Source of the DNA: Callorhinchus milii
Taxonomy: Eukaryota
Length of the DNA: 64,000 bases
Direction: 5' to 3'
Assembly: GCF_018977255.1 (NCBI RefSeq)
Contig: NW_024704743.1
Location: forward strand, 48,548,001-48,612,000
The notes beneath the pieces are model-generated. The model ran no database searches and was not told the DNA's origin. It saw only the letters and a list, made by a program, of their open reading frames with translations. Positions within the stretch are counted from its first letter, which is position 1, and every line of letters starts with the position of its first letter. Below, piece after piece: positions 63,253 through 64,000 of this stretch. The position numbers were made by a program, and so were the translations under genes.

Positions 63253-63953
63253 ATGGCATGGCTACGGATTCTCAGTTTTGGACTATGGTTTGGACTGGTA
63301 ACACGTCTGGGGAGGAATACATATCTCTTAGCTGCACATAAGGCAGTAAAGGCGTCAAATGTGACAGGGTGTTGGGTGTGCACCCAAATACCCCATAGTT
63401 CACAGACTGGTTTTCTCCTCTATGCGATTCCGCTGACAAAAGCAGAAACTGTGTTAGGACTCCAAGCAGGAGTCACTTTCAACATAAGTGGGCTCTGGGG
63501 AAATGAGACACTATCATGTGAAAAACAGAACAGTACAAGGTATGTGCGAAGGTTTGACCATGATAAGATATCGCCAGGGTTTAAGGTGAGCAATATACCA
63601 GGCCAGATTTGCTTTATTAAGGAGGGGAAGGGAACAGAGGTGGGAAATAGCACATGCAGTTACAGGATATCTCTAGGATGGGTTGGTGTCCCAGACATGT
63701 CAGAAAAAGCTTACAGGAACCAAGTGGAATATCTAATTGGTGGGCGTCCTTATTTGAAGGATGGAGAGCCTGGGTTCTTAAAGCAGGGGTTGTGTTACTG
63801 GTATTATTACTGGGGATTTGTGTCCTTATTCACCTTATTAAAGTGTGCGTCACTAAGTGTGTGGGGGTAACACCATCACTTACGATGGAGGTGGTGTCAG
63901 ACGATAATCTGTCAGACGATGATGATATGAAGGATTATTATTCTGACCCATGA
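63253..63953 (+). pseudogene. env: env with internal deletion and frame change
   Basis: Signal peptide and CWVC (63370-63381) in one frame; WWASLFEGW, a transmembrane helix and an acidic tail in another; no furin site, fusion peptide or CX6CC between them. Confidence 0.85.
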
Positions 63954-64000
63954 AAGCAAGGTACAATTGATCCCATCTATGACGATGCATCTTTAAATTG

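Larger units (their letters stand above)
57115..64000 (+). mobile_element. Endogenous retrovirus, gamma/epsilon-like (class I); runs off the window end
   Basis: LTR, PBS-Pro, gag-pro, RT-RNase H-IN order and a CWVC-type env. Confidence 0.97.

Noticed and set aside
60127..63953. Three in-frame TGA codons as selenocysteine recoding
   Set aside because: No SECIS element identified; the 62383 stop is explained by an insertion, and the others by read-through or CGA/TGG mutation.
63954..64000. Polypurine tract and 3' LTR
   Set aside because: No purine run and no match to TGATGGATAA before the window ends.

Overview
AT-rich vertebrate genomic DNA, most likely from a cartilaginous fish (chimaera or shark; inferred only from its tRNA/Deu-type SINE, CR1 and L2 content). 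It is mostly non-coding and repeat-rich. The only host gene I can support is SNX10: its last two coding exons and 3' UTR lie on the minus strand at about 44.6-47.5 kb. By human synteny this would be the SNX10-SKAP2-HoxA neighbourhood, but I found no SKAP2 or Hox exon. From 57115 to the window end is a well-preserved gamma/epsilon-type endogenous retrovirus on the plus strand. It has a 5' LTR, a tRNA-Pro primer binding site, gag-pro, pol with two in-frame TGA codons, and an internally deleted env. It is inserted into a SINE, antisense within a presumed SNX10 intron. The most interesting signal is an extra domain of about 170 aa between protease and RT carrying two H-x-T/S motifs. This is a candidate 2H phosphoesterase, possibly an antagonist of 2-5A or cyclic-dinucleotide immune signalling. 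The only gag/pol boundary stop lies after this domain rather than before the protease. A bulged hairpin also sits at the predicted cap site. All calls are by eye, with no database search; repeat boundaries are approximate.
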